A DNA stretch of 64,000 bases, from positions 327,588 to 391,587 of the forward strand of contig NMRA01000271.1 of the NCBI GenBank assembly GCA_002633005.1. Direction: 5' to 3'. The translations under genes and the position numbers were made by a program. Shown here piece after piece: positions 53,301 through 64,000 of this stretch. The notes beneath the pieces are model-generated. The model did not search any database. It saw only the letters and a program-made list of their open reading frames with translations, and was not told where the DNA came from. The number at the start of each line of letters is the position of its first letter. Within the stretch, counting starts at the first letter, position 1. This stretch comes from Phoronis australis. Taxonomy: Eukaryota; Animalia; Phoronida.

Positions 53301-56300
53301 AGTCAAAATAGTGTTGCAGTTAATTGGTTCCAACATACAAATAGAACTCATATTTGCCCCACTTGCGTGCTAAAAAAAGCCAATTCGTATTCATGGTCAA
53401 AACACTGAATCCTGAAAGCGATTGCTGACTGGCTGACGCGTCAGTGACTTTCTTGAATGGCGGGGTATCAGCTACTTTTCATGTTCATTGCTTATGTCCT
53501 ATTTTGAAGAGTTTACATCGTAATTTATAATTGTATGAAACGTCCTTAATTTTTATGGTTTGCCACAGTGCTGTAAAAGGTTCGCCATGCCTTTTTGTAA
53601 GGCACGTGGTTGTTCAAACTCCTCGAAAAAGGTGTCATCGCATACGATTGCCGGGTTACCCAAGCCTTGTCCCAAAGCTGTATATTATATATAGGCCTAT
53701 GTAGGTTTGTGCCGATATGGATAAAAAAATGGACAAAAAATCTGACTCAAAATCAGTGTCGTTAAAAATAACCTCATCCTTGAGTAAACCTAGGAACCAG
53801 GTTCCTAGAGTATACTAACTTCAGTATTTAACTGGGTTGGAAAAGTTAGCGAACGTTAATCGGCTGTAGCTAAAATTTTGATGTGTTCTCTTGAGTCGGA
53901 TTTTTGCGATTATGTCACTCTCCTGACCTTTACTAGTTTCTTTTCCCCACGATTCTTTTATCGAGTGTTCTTCGCTGCCGGCGCCTAAGTAGCATACATG
54001 TCACAACAAATTATCGGAACTGTTTCGTTTCGTTACATTATGATTTTGTTTTTTTCTACCAGCAAACCGAATTTTAGATCAAACCTTGGTGCTACGAAGC
54101 TGTCATCATCTCCCGAAAGACTTTTCAAACTTCTAGGAAATGGGGCGTGCGCCGTGTCACGAGCGTGCAGTTTTTGAAACGGACAACCCACTTCTTTGTT
54201 ACAAAAGGCGGCAAATTATGCTCCAGAGCACAATTTGTCATGGGTCATCTGGTGCAGCATGATTATTGGTTTTAGGTCAGTTTTAGCTGGTACCTCGGGA
54301 ATCTAATGTAGCTCAAAATTTCAATGGCATACCATGGTTGTGATTTTTTAGGGTTTCTGCCAGGCACAATCCCGCCAGGGTATTTTGTCTTTCATTGGGC
54401 ATTTAGTGACCAGTGGCATGTATTGAATCACATGGAATTGTTTTTTTTGAGATACCTCGAATGTATGTGCTGGTTCATTTTTGTGCGTCCTTTTTGGTTT
54501 CTGCCAAACCCATTCCAGAGTCCAATTTGTCTGTCATGGGTCATTTAGCGTTCAGTACGATTTTAAATCAGTTTTAGCCGGTACCTTGAATATCTAGTCT
54601 AGCTCATGCTTGTCCCCTTTGAAAGGAACCCAGAGGTCACATCCAGAGTGCAGACAACGGCAGATGTCCATTTCTGTACATACTGACGTAGACTCTAAAT
54701 GCTCCCATGGTCAAATGTTGGTACCTCGTTCATCTATGTTAATTAGTGCTCTGGGCTGCCGGTCTAGAACCACCCAGCTGTATTATCAGAATAGTTATCC
54801 AGAACAAAATTCAATTATAGTCCACCTTTGCATGAGCAAATTCTACCCAAAATTAATATCCCTGTGCACAAGAAATGTAAGATGTCTCAATTTCTGGCTA
54901 TAGGTACATGATATTCTTCAGCAGTCACAGGAAGCATAATTTTTCCTGCCTACATCAAATGTTTCGCCACTCATGAATAAATCGGTCATTTTTTAAATTA
55001 AAATGAGAACTTTACACTTGAATCTTTTTGTTTATGTCATAACACAGATGTGTGTATGAATACTATCAGGCAGTGTGTGTGTAAGTAATACTCTATTGCT
55101 GTTATCGAGAGCAAGGATAGTTAGAGCACTGACGAAAAATGAGAACCTCCTCAAATAGTAAACCTCTCTCATCAGGATACGTGGTTATGTCAACATCTGT
55201 TGAAAATGTGAGGGGCTCTAATGTCATATAGTAATTAAATTTTGAAATTTGGTGTTTTAGACCCACCATTTGTTTCTTCTTAGAATGCATAGTAACTTGT
55301 AGAACTATTTAGAAAGGAGATAGCCTATTTAAGGGGCATACTCATAGCCACAGGTGTAATTTTATATACAAAGTTTTACCTTTGATTGCAGAAGAGTCAT
55401 TTTAAAACATCAATGTGTGACAAAAATTTACATTTTTTAAAAAAATTTGTGCATGAAATTTGAAAGTTCTAGGACTTACTAACACTAAAAATCAGTAATT
55501 AACAATTACAAGACAGAAATTTGGTCTTACACTCCAACTTCACAATTGCTCAATAAATTTTTAGTCAAGTAATTATGAGTGTGTCACAATATAGTAATAA
55601 TTTATAGAAATTATATCTCAGTAACCAGAAGTTGTGTGTATATTATCATGCGTTTTTGAATTACTACTCATGTGAGACTTCACTATTTTCCAGAAACAGT
55701 TGTGTGGAAGCGTTAATTTCTGTCTTAAGTCTTCAGTCATTTTTTGTGAAACAAACCCTTGGAGTTTTTATGTGCAGAAAAGTAACCAGTGATGTTTCAC
55801 ATTTTCAGCAAAAGTCTGCTATTGCCTTTACATATACCTCTTTCATTAACAAAATCTCCCTTTCCAGAGAGCACTGAGTCTTCTCGGGTTGACTACAAGG
55901 AGACAACTAAGGAGGTTACAATTTTGACACTGAATTGCCAAAGCTTACGAGACAAGGAAATTACAAAGACCATTTTGCAGTATTTACAGGAGCAGTCTTG
56001 CGATTTATATTGTCTTCAAGAGACAAATTGCTGTAAAAAGGATTGGAAAGGTAAAAAACAATTTCTAGGTAACTATCAGCACTACGTCAGCACTGAGGAA
56101 GGTTTGGGAGGAGGTGTTGGTACCTTTATTTCCAAGAGTTTGGGGCACCAGGTTAATTCAGTATGTCAATCAAGCAGATACTACATTTCAATGCAACTGA
56201 CCATAGAAGGAAAAACATTTACCCTTATTAATGTACACAGGGCAGATGGATACAAGTATGACTTAATTAGTGGCATAAAAACTATTATTGAAGTTTACAA

Positions 56301-56667
56301 TTCACAATATAATATTATATGTGGCGATTTTAATGCAGTCCAAGATGAGCACAAAGATCGCAAGAATTGCTCATCCAGCCCAAATTCAAAAACACCTACG
56401 AAGCTACTGAAATTACTCATGGAAGACAAATCATTGGTTGATATATGGCGACAAAAAAACCCAACAGCAGAAGCATACACACGTGAATGCAGTGACAAAA
56501 AGAGTAGACTGGATTACTTTCTAATAAGTACGACAATGGAGGACTGGGTTGATAGTGTAACGATTGGTGAGAAAAAAGATTTTTCAGATCACAAAAGCGT
56601 TATTTTAAAACTTAAAATGCCAAGACAAGCACGAGTTAGTTCTGGACCTCAATCGACTCACCCTTGA
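41300..56667 (+). CDS. Predicted six-exon gene, 391 aa: low-complexity N-terminus plus a stand-alone L1/Tx1-like APE (EEP superfamily) endonuclease domain
   Basis: Exons 41300-41348 (aaaaATGg), 42404-42465, 44358-44451, 50414-50511, 51116-51188 and 55868-56667. All have pyrimidine-rich cag acceptors and GT donors, and phases 1,0,1,0,1 join without a stop (1176 nt). No transcript evidence was available. Confidence 0.7.
42404..42465 (+). CDS. EEP gene exon 2 (AKGEKKQNPSTAMSELTPKAA)
   Basis: tgtgttttacag acceptor, gtgggt donor, phase 1-0. Confidence 0.6.
44358..44451 (+). CDS. EEP gene exon 3 (EGKSGKQKATGEGDKVNRSLFPGEKVAKQQG)
   Basis: tttgcag acceptor, gtaata donor, phase 0-1; its splice sites are conserved in the paralogous exon 5. 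Confidence 0.65.
46150..46488. other. Assembly gap (N run)
   Basis: Run of n characters. Confidence 1.
46590..47030. repeat. Degenerate tandem array, about 75-80-bp period
   Basis: Recurring gtgcgtc..caacgca...ttattgggaaagc-like core, about 6 copies. Confidence 0.55.
47430..47835. repeat. MITE-like element with nested inverted repeats
   Basis: gccgtttacac / gtgtaaacggc and the perfect 20-bp pair ctgacacggagcaaattgac / gtcaatttgctccgtgtcag. Confidence 0.6.
50120..50148. repeat. (GT)n microsatellite
   Basis: About 14 GT units. Confidence 0.95.
50414..50511 (+). CDS. EEP gene exon 4 (ESSCSSSRYESSYEDDDTKSTMECASQYKLVYS)
   Basis: ctctttcatttgcag acceptor, gtaaga donor, phase 1-0. Confidence 0.6.
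51116..51188 (+). CDS. EEP gene exon 5 (EDEQVEALEKFEFAGNHDKVARKK)
   Basis: attgcag acceptor, gtaatt donor, phase 0-1; paralog of exon 3. Confidence 0.65.
53587..53690 (+). pseudogene. THAP-like N-terminal stub in a probable DNA-transposon relic
   Basis: gccATG then MPFCKARGCSNSSKKVSSH, resembling the MPxCxAxGCxN start of THAP domains; the rest is absent. Confidence 0.4.
55868..56667 (+). CDS. Terminal exon: intact endonuclease/exonuclease/phosphatase domain of the LINE (L1/Tx1) APE type
   Basis: Motifs ILTLNCQSL, CLQET, GGGVG, LINVH, IICGDFN, LVDIWRQKNP...YT, SRLDYFLIS and FSDHKSV. Acceptor ctccctttccag at 55867. The stop follows shortly after the domain, and no RT sequence is visible downstream. 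Confidence 0.9.
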
Positions 56668-58267
56668 ACAAGCGAGCAACTAAAAAAGCACCACACCAAC
56701 AACTCGATTTTCAAAACGCATGACAACCAATTATGCATTTTTGGTCTTTATCGAGTAGAGGGATTTGCTAGAAATTACAACTTTTGTGGCACTAGATTAG
56801 AAGTGGTGGCGTTTATAGAATAATTTTACTTCTGGCTTCTTAAATCATGTCTCCGAGACCTTTGGTCAGAATTACTGTAATTGCCCACGTTACCACCTCT
56901 GTGGCCAAATTCGGGGACTAAAAATTAGGGGGTGGGCATTTAGACAGTCAGTCGTAAGCGATAATAATCCACATTCTTAAAAGTCGGGGAGGGGGCTACC
57001 TGAACAGTCAAGAAGCTTAACTCCCAGTGAGTTATATCAACATTGGACTTCATGTGTTGAGTCAAATAAATCACCAGCGAGTAAGGCCACTGGGGTCTTA
57101 GGGTAATTTTCCGCCAATTTAACAACGAATAATTACCAAAATGGCCATTTTATTTTTTTTTTCAAAAGTCAAAACACCTTGTTGGAAACGGTACAAACCT
57201 TACCAAATACATCCATGCACTACAAACCATGCTGGCAATAGACTTTAATTTTATTAATATTTTCTTTTGTGGCAAAATTTGGCAAAATAGCATTTTCACT
57301 TGTCGCCTACATCATGCACTAAGGAAGTGAAGAATTGCCATGGCACAAAAAAGTCAAGACTACGCTGAGACTGACTTGTACTTACATAGTTACTACTGCA
57401 GTTCTGCATTATTATTACCCGGAATAAAGAATTGTTGTAGCATTGCTTAATCAACTGTGCTGGTATTGTCCTTAATTATCTGAAATGATGTAAGCGTGGC
57501 ATCATAATTAGTGTATACATGTTTTTCTGATATCATTTTGATTGTGCCAATCTCTGCCAGGCCCTGTTAATATCGCCCACATTTTCTAAACATTACCTAA
57601 AGTAAAATTTTTCAGTTTGCGACAAAGTATGGCGGACAGGTGAAATTTCAATGTGTTATCTTTATCAACAAAAAAACTTTTCAGAAAACTTTTTTTCTTC
57701 GATTTTTGGATGGTTTGTACAGTGTATCCATTACCAAAAGAGTGGTAAAATTTTGAGCATTTGCAGCACTGTGGTAAGCCTCTGAAAAATAGAAATATGT
57801 CAATTTAAGGAATTATTTTTGTCCCAAATTGAGGAATTTTCACTAAATTAATGCAATTCATTTTTACTTCATGATTTTTAGTGACTCGTGACTCGTCTTA
57901 GACTTGAATACTTTTTTAATTGATACTGAATCCACTTAGTAGCCAACCTCCGATTTCGATTGTATAGCAGCCTTGTAGTTATAGCATTTTGTGTGTTCAT
58001 TTGATGGTTGGTATTTGTTTATTTGATTGCACTTAGAATTTACATTTCTCAGATTATTGTAACCAATGTAATGATTCAAATTTTGTGTGATTGTATTTGT
58101 ATCATTTTATTGTGACACTTAATAAATGATGAAAAGTCTTAAGTTGAAGTTAAGATAGCACTATGACTGAATTTTCACAATCAAGAATGTATTGAGAAAT
58201 TTAATACATACTACAACAGGGGGTTTCCATTCGTGCCATGGAATCACTAAAATATGGAAGGCAACTC

Positions 58268-58728
58268 ATCAAGAGCAATACGGAGCGTTGACATGCGCAC
58301 ACACTGCTGCATCGCAAACGGCAAGCATCTAGGGGTGTTTAATTATAACATAAAAAATGGCCATTAGATGGCAAAGAATTCATTGAACCCATTCAAAAAT
58401 GGGAAAGTGTTATCTCTCAAAACTGTTAGCCACATTTCACGAACATCCATCAAAGAACACCAAAGATACAACAGTAAACCTAAAAATATGAACTACCATT
58501 AGGAACCACAATACAGAGATAACCATATACAAACTAAAATTGTCACTAGAGGCACCCCGGTAGTCGGATCCATCAGAAATTTTGCTTGTGCTGTTCCACC
58601 CATGAAAGAAACACATGTGCAACATTTCATTAACATACAACAAAGGTTTTGAAGATAGAGCAAGTGACGCTGGACGGACAAGAATGACGGCATAACGCAC
58701 CCATGTATAAATATGCGGGCGAATAACA
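58268..58728. mobile_element. Helentron-associated (HINE/DINE-1-like) non-autonomous element, short diverged copy
   Basis: Starts caagagcaa..cgga.cgttga.atgc and ends gacggacaagaatgacggca...tataaatatg; homologous to 59436-60744. Confidence 0.55.
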
Positions 58729-59435
58729 TGAGCAAAATTTTTTGACTACCACAATAACTGTATCTGCTGCAGAACGCAGGCCATTTCTGAAGACAAGCCT
58801 GATCAATTCAATGAAAATAGCCATAACAAACAATTGTCGGATAACTAGGCAAGTAAAAAGACCATAAACTTAAGACTTTTTAGTGAAACATCTGACCATT
58901 TATTCACAAATATGTAATAAATGCCGATGAAAGAGCCATGAAATCAAACAAGCTACAAAACCGTTCTCATGCACTGGTGATGTTCCAAGCATCAACAAAT
59001 TTTGTTTCCATATGTCATGCAAGCAAGAATGCCAGAATACTTATCATTCACTGAAACACAATTTATCACAAATTTAAAGGCATTGATTTCCGCAACAACA
59101 CAAAACCAACGGAATTCACGGAGTCTTGCCTCTTTCATTTAATTAGCGATTGTGAACAAAATGTCCATATTTCAGTAGTTATGTTATTTATGAACAGGTG
59201 AACTTAACGTATGACAGTGCAATCATACTTAAAAGATATCTCAGAGAAAGCATATAAATTATGTAAAATTTTCTAGAAACAGAATGCTGACGAAGCTTTT
59301 CACCTAGGAAACACGAGCTTCGAAGCACGTGAGCGCCACCTGAAGTTTTATGCACTATTAAATGCCGGGACTCGTTATGGTTGTGGAACGAGCTCATAGT
59401 AATTGGAATAGTTCATTAACACGTTGAGTACAGTT

Positions 59436-60744
59436 AACAAGAGCAAAGCGGAACGTTGAAATGCACCCACGAAAGCATCGCAAATGGTGTGCTTTTAGGG
59501 TTGTTTATTCGTATCATCAAAATGGCCACTAGATGGCGCAAAATATATCGAATCCGTCTGAAAACCAGAAAATATCATTGTTTCTTTAAAAGAAAGCCAC
59601 TTACCAAATTTCATTAAAATTCATCGAGGAACTTCACAGAAACAGAGGACAATAAAAAAATGAAATTGCCACTACGGAGAGGAGTGTTCTTCGGATCTGT
59701 AAAAAAGCCGTTGTCTTCTCATAAATACACGTAATAAATTTAATAAAGATCCTGCAGAGGGCTTAGGAGATACAGGTATGGGTGCAAAAAAACGCCACTA
59801 GGCGGTGCCACAGTAGTCAAAGTCATCGGAAAATTTTCGTCAACCGTCCCCTTTATAGAAAGAACATTACATGCCAACTTTCACAATCATCCTTAGAGTG
59901 GCTTGGTTGACAGAGGGACAGATGCCAAAAACAGACTCAAAAACAACAAAAATGGCCAATAGGTGGCGTAAACTATGTCGAATCCATCTGAAAACAGGAG
60001 GATAGTGTTATCTCACTAATAGATGTCTATGTGTCAAATTTTATAGAAATCCGTTGAGGACCTTTGAAGATACAGACTGGTAAACGTAAAAAACTAAAAC
60101 TGCCACTAGGGGACACACAGGTACACCGATGTGTCTGAAAGTTGTCATCGTCCGTAGTCAACTTCATATAAATACATTTGCTAAATTTAATAAAGATCCT
60201 GTAGAACGTTTAGGAGATACAGCATGGGTGCAAAAACAAACAAAACTGCCACTAGGAGGCGCCACAGTAGTCGAAGTTGTCGGAAAATCATCGTCATCTG
60301 TCTTCATCATAGTACGAACATACAAGCCAATTTTCACAATCATCCTTAGAGTGGTTTGGTTGTTAGAGGGGCGGACGCCAAAAAACGACTCGAAAATAGT
60401 AAAAATGGTCACTAGATGGCGCAAAATGTCTCGAATCCATCTGAAAACGGGAGGATAGCGTCAACCCATCAATAGATGACTATAGTGCCAAATTTCATGA
60501 AAATCGGTTGAGGACCTTTGAAGACACAGAAAAAAATTAAATTGCCACCAGGGGACACAGCGGTATTCGGGTCGGTCCGAAACTCGTTGCCCTCTGTCGT
60601 CAACCCCATAGGAACATACCTGCTAAATTTCGATACGATCTTGCAAGGGGTTTAGGAGATACAGCCGTGAACGCCGGACGCCACACACCCAGACAGAGAT
60701 GACGGCAATATGCGACCACATATAAATATGTGGGCACATAAAAA
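59436..60744. mobile_element. Helentron-associated (HINE/DINE-1-like) element with an internal tandem array
   Basis: aacaagag start; about 145-bp subunits in a ~450-bp higher-order repeat; terminal hairpin ccacatat-aa-atatgtgg followed by cataaaaa. Confidence 0.65.
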
Positions 60745-62479
60745 CAGGACACTAAGGTGATCAAGGGTACAATGTGTTCAAGATGAATTTTGTCTAGTAT
60801 GCTGGGCTTTAAGCTGTGGTAAACCATGCAATAGAAATCCATCAGTAATTCTCAGCAATAAGCACCAGTCAAGAGTGTGAGACTACATTGTAAGGCGACC
60901 TAGTGACCTAGTTTTGAGAAGAGCTCTACATGTGGAGAATTTCTGGCTTACATTGACTATAGCTCTGGTTCCCTACACCCCAGATAAAATTTTACTATGG
61001 CTATTCAACACCCCCTTTGTATTGATGTAGTCTGAGCTAATGAAGTGGAAGGTAATAGCTAGCACTACTTTCTTAACAATGGTGGTTGTTATTACACCCA
61101 AATTAGTTTTCTTTGACATTTGCACAGAGTAAAAGCCTGCAATGTGGAGAGTAGTTTAACATGGTACATTTTAAATATTACAAAAGACTAAAAAAAGTTA
61201 ATTTGCGTTGATCTTGACAAAGGACCACTTTGATATGTTTCATGCCTGTTTTAATTCATTTAATACTCCTGCCTACTTGTTTTTTTCTTACCAGTTAGGG
61301 TTGCTATTTTTTGTTCTTAAACAAAGTATCAAAACAACTTAAAAGTCTGTTAATAATGAACGTATCCCTGACTTTTCCAGATTACAACTACACCAAAGGT
61401 GTCACAGCAAACAAAACTACTCATGTCATTAGTTCAAGTTTAATCTTTACGAGAACTCAAATCATAAAATATATACAAAAGCGCAAATATGGAGATAGCC
61501 AAACTGAGGATTTGAAACCTCTGGACAAATTTTGGTTGCAGTAACTACATTTCCTCCGTCATAAAAAATTAAATCACAGCTCTTGCCCACCAACCTAACT
61601 CATTCACTGTTTGCACACTCTCGCTGACTACAAAGCCATCTTAGTTCCCTTCACAGGTGTTCCATTGCAACTACAAGCTAACTATCGAAATTGGCGCATT
61701 TCCACGAATATCAGTTGTCCGGTTAGTGTATTACTCCTCGAGTGAAGTTTTTTGGCATGCCCTGGACAATAAGCGCTGTTTTAAAAGATATTCTCGTTTA
61801 ATTTAGTCACTGTGTGTTGTTTATACATATTTCAATGTAGCTTAGTTGTATATTAAAAGAATAATCCACGTGATATTGTTAACTCTGATCAGCATTTGTA
61901 AATCCACCATGTATATCAATACGCACAGTCGCTTATCTTCAATCGCACCCAATGTTCGTAGTTTTTAGCTTAATAGTTCATCGATTTTTGAAAATCGAAA
62001 ACCAAACTTGGTTGTTTTTCCATCTCAATACCACTATGGTATTTGTTTTTAACCAAAACTGTTGCTCAATGCATTTTGAAAATTCGCCAGTATGTACAGG
62101 CAGAGAAGTTTACTTCAGTTTATGGTCGGGTAATTACTCTTAATTGCCGGGTCTTGCTCGCACCGGACAATGCGGTCATTGCAACTCAGTCCGACTCTGG
62201 CGCCGCGCTCTATTTGATCCTGGTAAAAGCCGCTCAGCAGGACGAGCGGTGAAGTCACGCATTATTCACGGCATGAGGATACTTAGAGGCCTGCAAAACA
62301 TTAAACTGTGTGACTGGTGCACATGAACTTAAAACAGAAAACAAGGAATTTTCAAAGTAATTTTCAACAAAATAATAGAAATTACCAACAGAATTCGGGA
62401 GAAAAAATTTCATTCTCACATTCCCACACATGGCTCTGCATAAATTTACTTTACAGTTAATCTATAGGGGTTTCAAAAA

Positions 62480-62880
62480 AGCTTTGTCATTGGACAATTC
62501 TCTTACATTCATATTTTACCAATCTTGACAACCTCAATTACTTTTCTAATTTTCAATTAAGTAACTGACTACACATGTCCTTCAAACAAGCATAATACAG
62601 TGTTGGGCTAGGGTTAAGATGTGACTAACGTCCATATGCAAATAACAATACATTTTTTCAAAACGTTGGTGCTACTACATTTAAAAGCCATGTTTGTATT
62701 TCATTCCAAAACGGAACTAAATACCCACCTTCCAAAAACATGTGATTAAAAGTTTCTGCAAGTCTACAAAGTGAGCACTTGTCATTTTGCACTACCCTCA
62801 TTTTCCAAGAAATATATTTAGTATAAACTTTTCTATAAAGGAATGCAGTTATGATACTTGCACATCCACAGGCTGCTAGC
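62480..62880 (-). mobile_element. Decayed L1/Tx1-like ORF2 C-terminal zinc-knuckle fragment
   Basis: DKCSLCRLAETFNHMFLEGGYLVPFWNEIQTW resembles the CxxC...ET..H.F..C....FW motif. Confidence 0.65.
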
Positions 62881-62939
62881 AGATATTCCACTGTCTTACA
62901 ACTGAAGGTTTTTACAACATATTAAAACATATACGCACA

Positions 62940-63124
62940 CACCCAGAAGTTACTTTTGCATTATATCCAAGTTCTCATTTACTCCCTTTGGGACATTCAC
63001 TACTAATACCAAGCTCAGAGGACACCTTTGTGCTGACCTCAATTATTTGCCAGAGTTAAGCCAGGATTCAACCCAGGTCTCCCAGAAGGGAGTTTGGAGC
63101 TTAAACCAATGAGCGACACTCCTC
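62940..63124 (-). mobile_element. tRNA-derived SINE (diverged)
   Basis: The minus strand reads gtgtcgctcattggtttaagc (A-box-like)...gacctgggttgaatcctggc (B-box-like); no intact cloverleaf. Confidence 0.55.
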
Positions 63125-63609
63125 AACAGATGAATCAATTAATACTAGCATGTTACACGCCTACTAAAAAAGGAACGCCTCATACCCAGTCTATTATATC
63201 CATGTCGATTTCAGATATAAAATTCATAATTACAAAATGAACATTGCAACTAAATGGGTATATTTTACTCTAATGAAAGGTTATTCAAAAAAGTAAATAG
63301 ACAAAACTACACGTTATTCATGCACCAGACACAATTTCATCATTTTCGCGCCTTTCATGATTGTAATTTTCCACCACGTGACTACACATAAGAGTGGCTA
63401 TTGTGTCGGGACACAATTCGTCATTTTCATGCCATTTTTAGCCCACTTTGGCTGTGTGTTAGTGCTTTCGCCCGACTTACCCACATGTATGAGACCTAAT
63501 TGAATTCAGGTAAGTTCTAATCTTGTTTGAATTCATAGCTACTCTGGGGCAACAATCAAAGTGATCACGTTTTGTCAAAAAGTTTAAAGAGCCATCATAA
63601 AAGAACGAT

Positions 63610-63755
63610 ATGAGTCCGTGTCCCGTGTATTTGGGTGAATGGGTCGAGTTTTGTGAGTCTGTTACCGTATTTGTGAGTCAGTGGACGGTGTTTGCAGGTC
63701 TGTGAGTCGTGTTCATGCGTCCGTGACCGTGTTTATGAGTCCGTTAACCGTGTAG
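63610..63755. repeat. Degenerate ~20-bp minisatellite-like array
   Basis: Recurring tgagtccgtg..ccgtgtttg units. Confidence 0.6.
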
Positions 63756-63761
63756 TTTAGG

Positions 63762-64000
63762 TACCTTGAACTGGTACAACAATATAACATTGAGCTGGGC
63801 AATCGGCCAATTACCATCTTTTCAGATAGCCAGGCAGCAATAAAAGCCCTAAAGAAACTAAGGGTCAACTCTCGTTATGTTAATGCTTGTATTAATGAGC
63901 TTAACAAGCTTGCAATTGAAAGAACCGTCAATATATGCTGGGTCAGGGCCCATGTGGGAATTAATGGCAATGAGAATGCAGACAGACTCGCAAAGATAGG
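63762..64000 (+). mobile_element. 5'-truncated non-LTR retrotransposon, RNase H domain (runs off the window)
   Basis: Open frame ...ITIFSDSQAAIKAL...VNICWVRAHVGINGNENADRLAKIG, a typical non-LTR RNase HI; the N-terminal motifs are missing. Confidence 0.88.

Noticed and set aside
55789-55867. N-terminal extension of the 292-aa ORF (MMFHIFSKSLLLPLHIPLSLTKSPFP)
   Set aside because: It is the pyrimidine-rich intron end before the acceptor at 55867, not a convincing start.
62480-62880. L1/Tx1 C-terminal fragment as the missing remainder of the endonuclease ORF
   Set aside because: It is on the opposite strand, 6 kb away and decayed, so it is an independent insertion.
63060-63124. tRNA gene
   Set aside because: It has only degenerate A/B boxes and no cloverleaf; better explained as a SINE head.

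Overview
This is AT-rich eukaryotic (animal) DNA with GT-AG introns; the repeat types suggest a marine invertebrate, possibly a deuterostome (inference). There is one assembly gap at 46150-46488. Three spliced genes were reconstructed by hand from splice sites and frame continuity. (1) The 3' part of a JmjC-domain 2-oxoglutarate oxygenase gene (+, 7 exons, 1502-7577). (2) PIK3R4/VPS15 (-, 22 exons, 9912-35751, about 1282 aa in the window); I could not find its N-terminal ~90 aa in the window. (3) A six-exon + strand gene (41300-56667, 391 aa) in which five small Lys/Glu/Ser-rich exons splice in frame onto an intact LINE-type (L1/Tx1-like) APE endonuclease exon with no reverse transcriptase. 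This is a candidate domesticated retrotransposon nuclease, probably nested antisense in a PIK3R4 intron, and is the most interesting item. Introns carry many transposon relics: a fossil ISL2EU-like element (DDE transposase plus SAP-YqaJ exonuclease), TTAA-flanked Kolobok-like elements (one with THAP), a hAT MITE with an empty-site paralog, Helentron-associated-like elements with arrays of CTCF-like motifs, LINE fragments and a tRNA-derived SINE. A 75-bp tandem repeat quadruplicates one PIK3R4 splice acceptor. No database searches were run; family names rest on remembered motifs.
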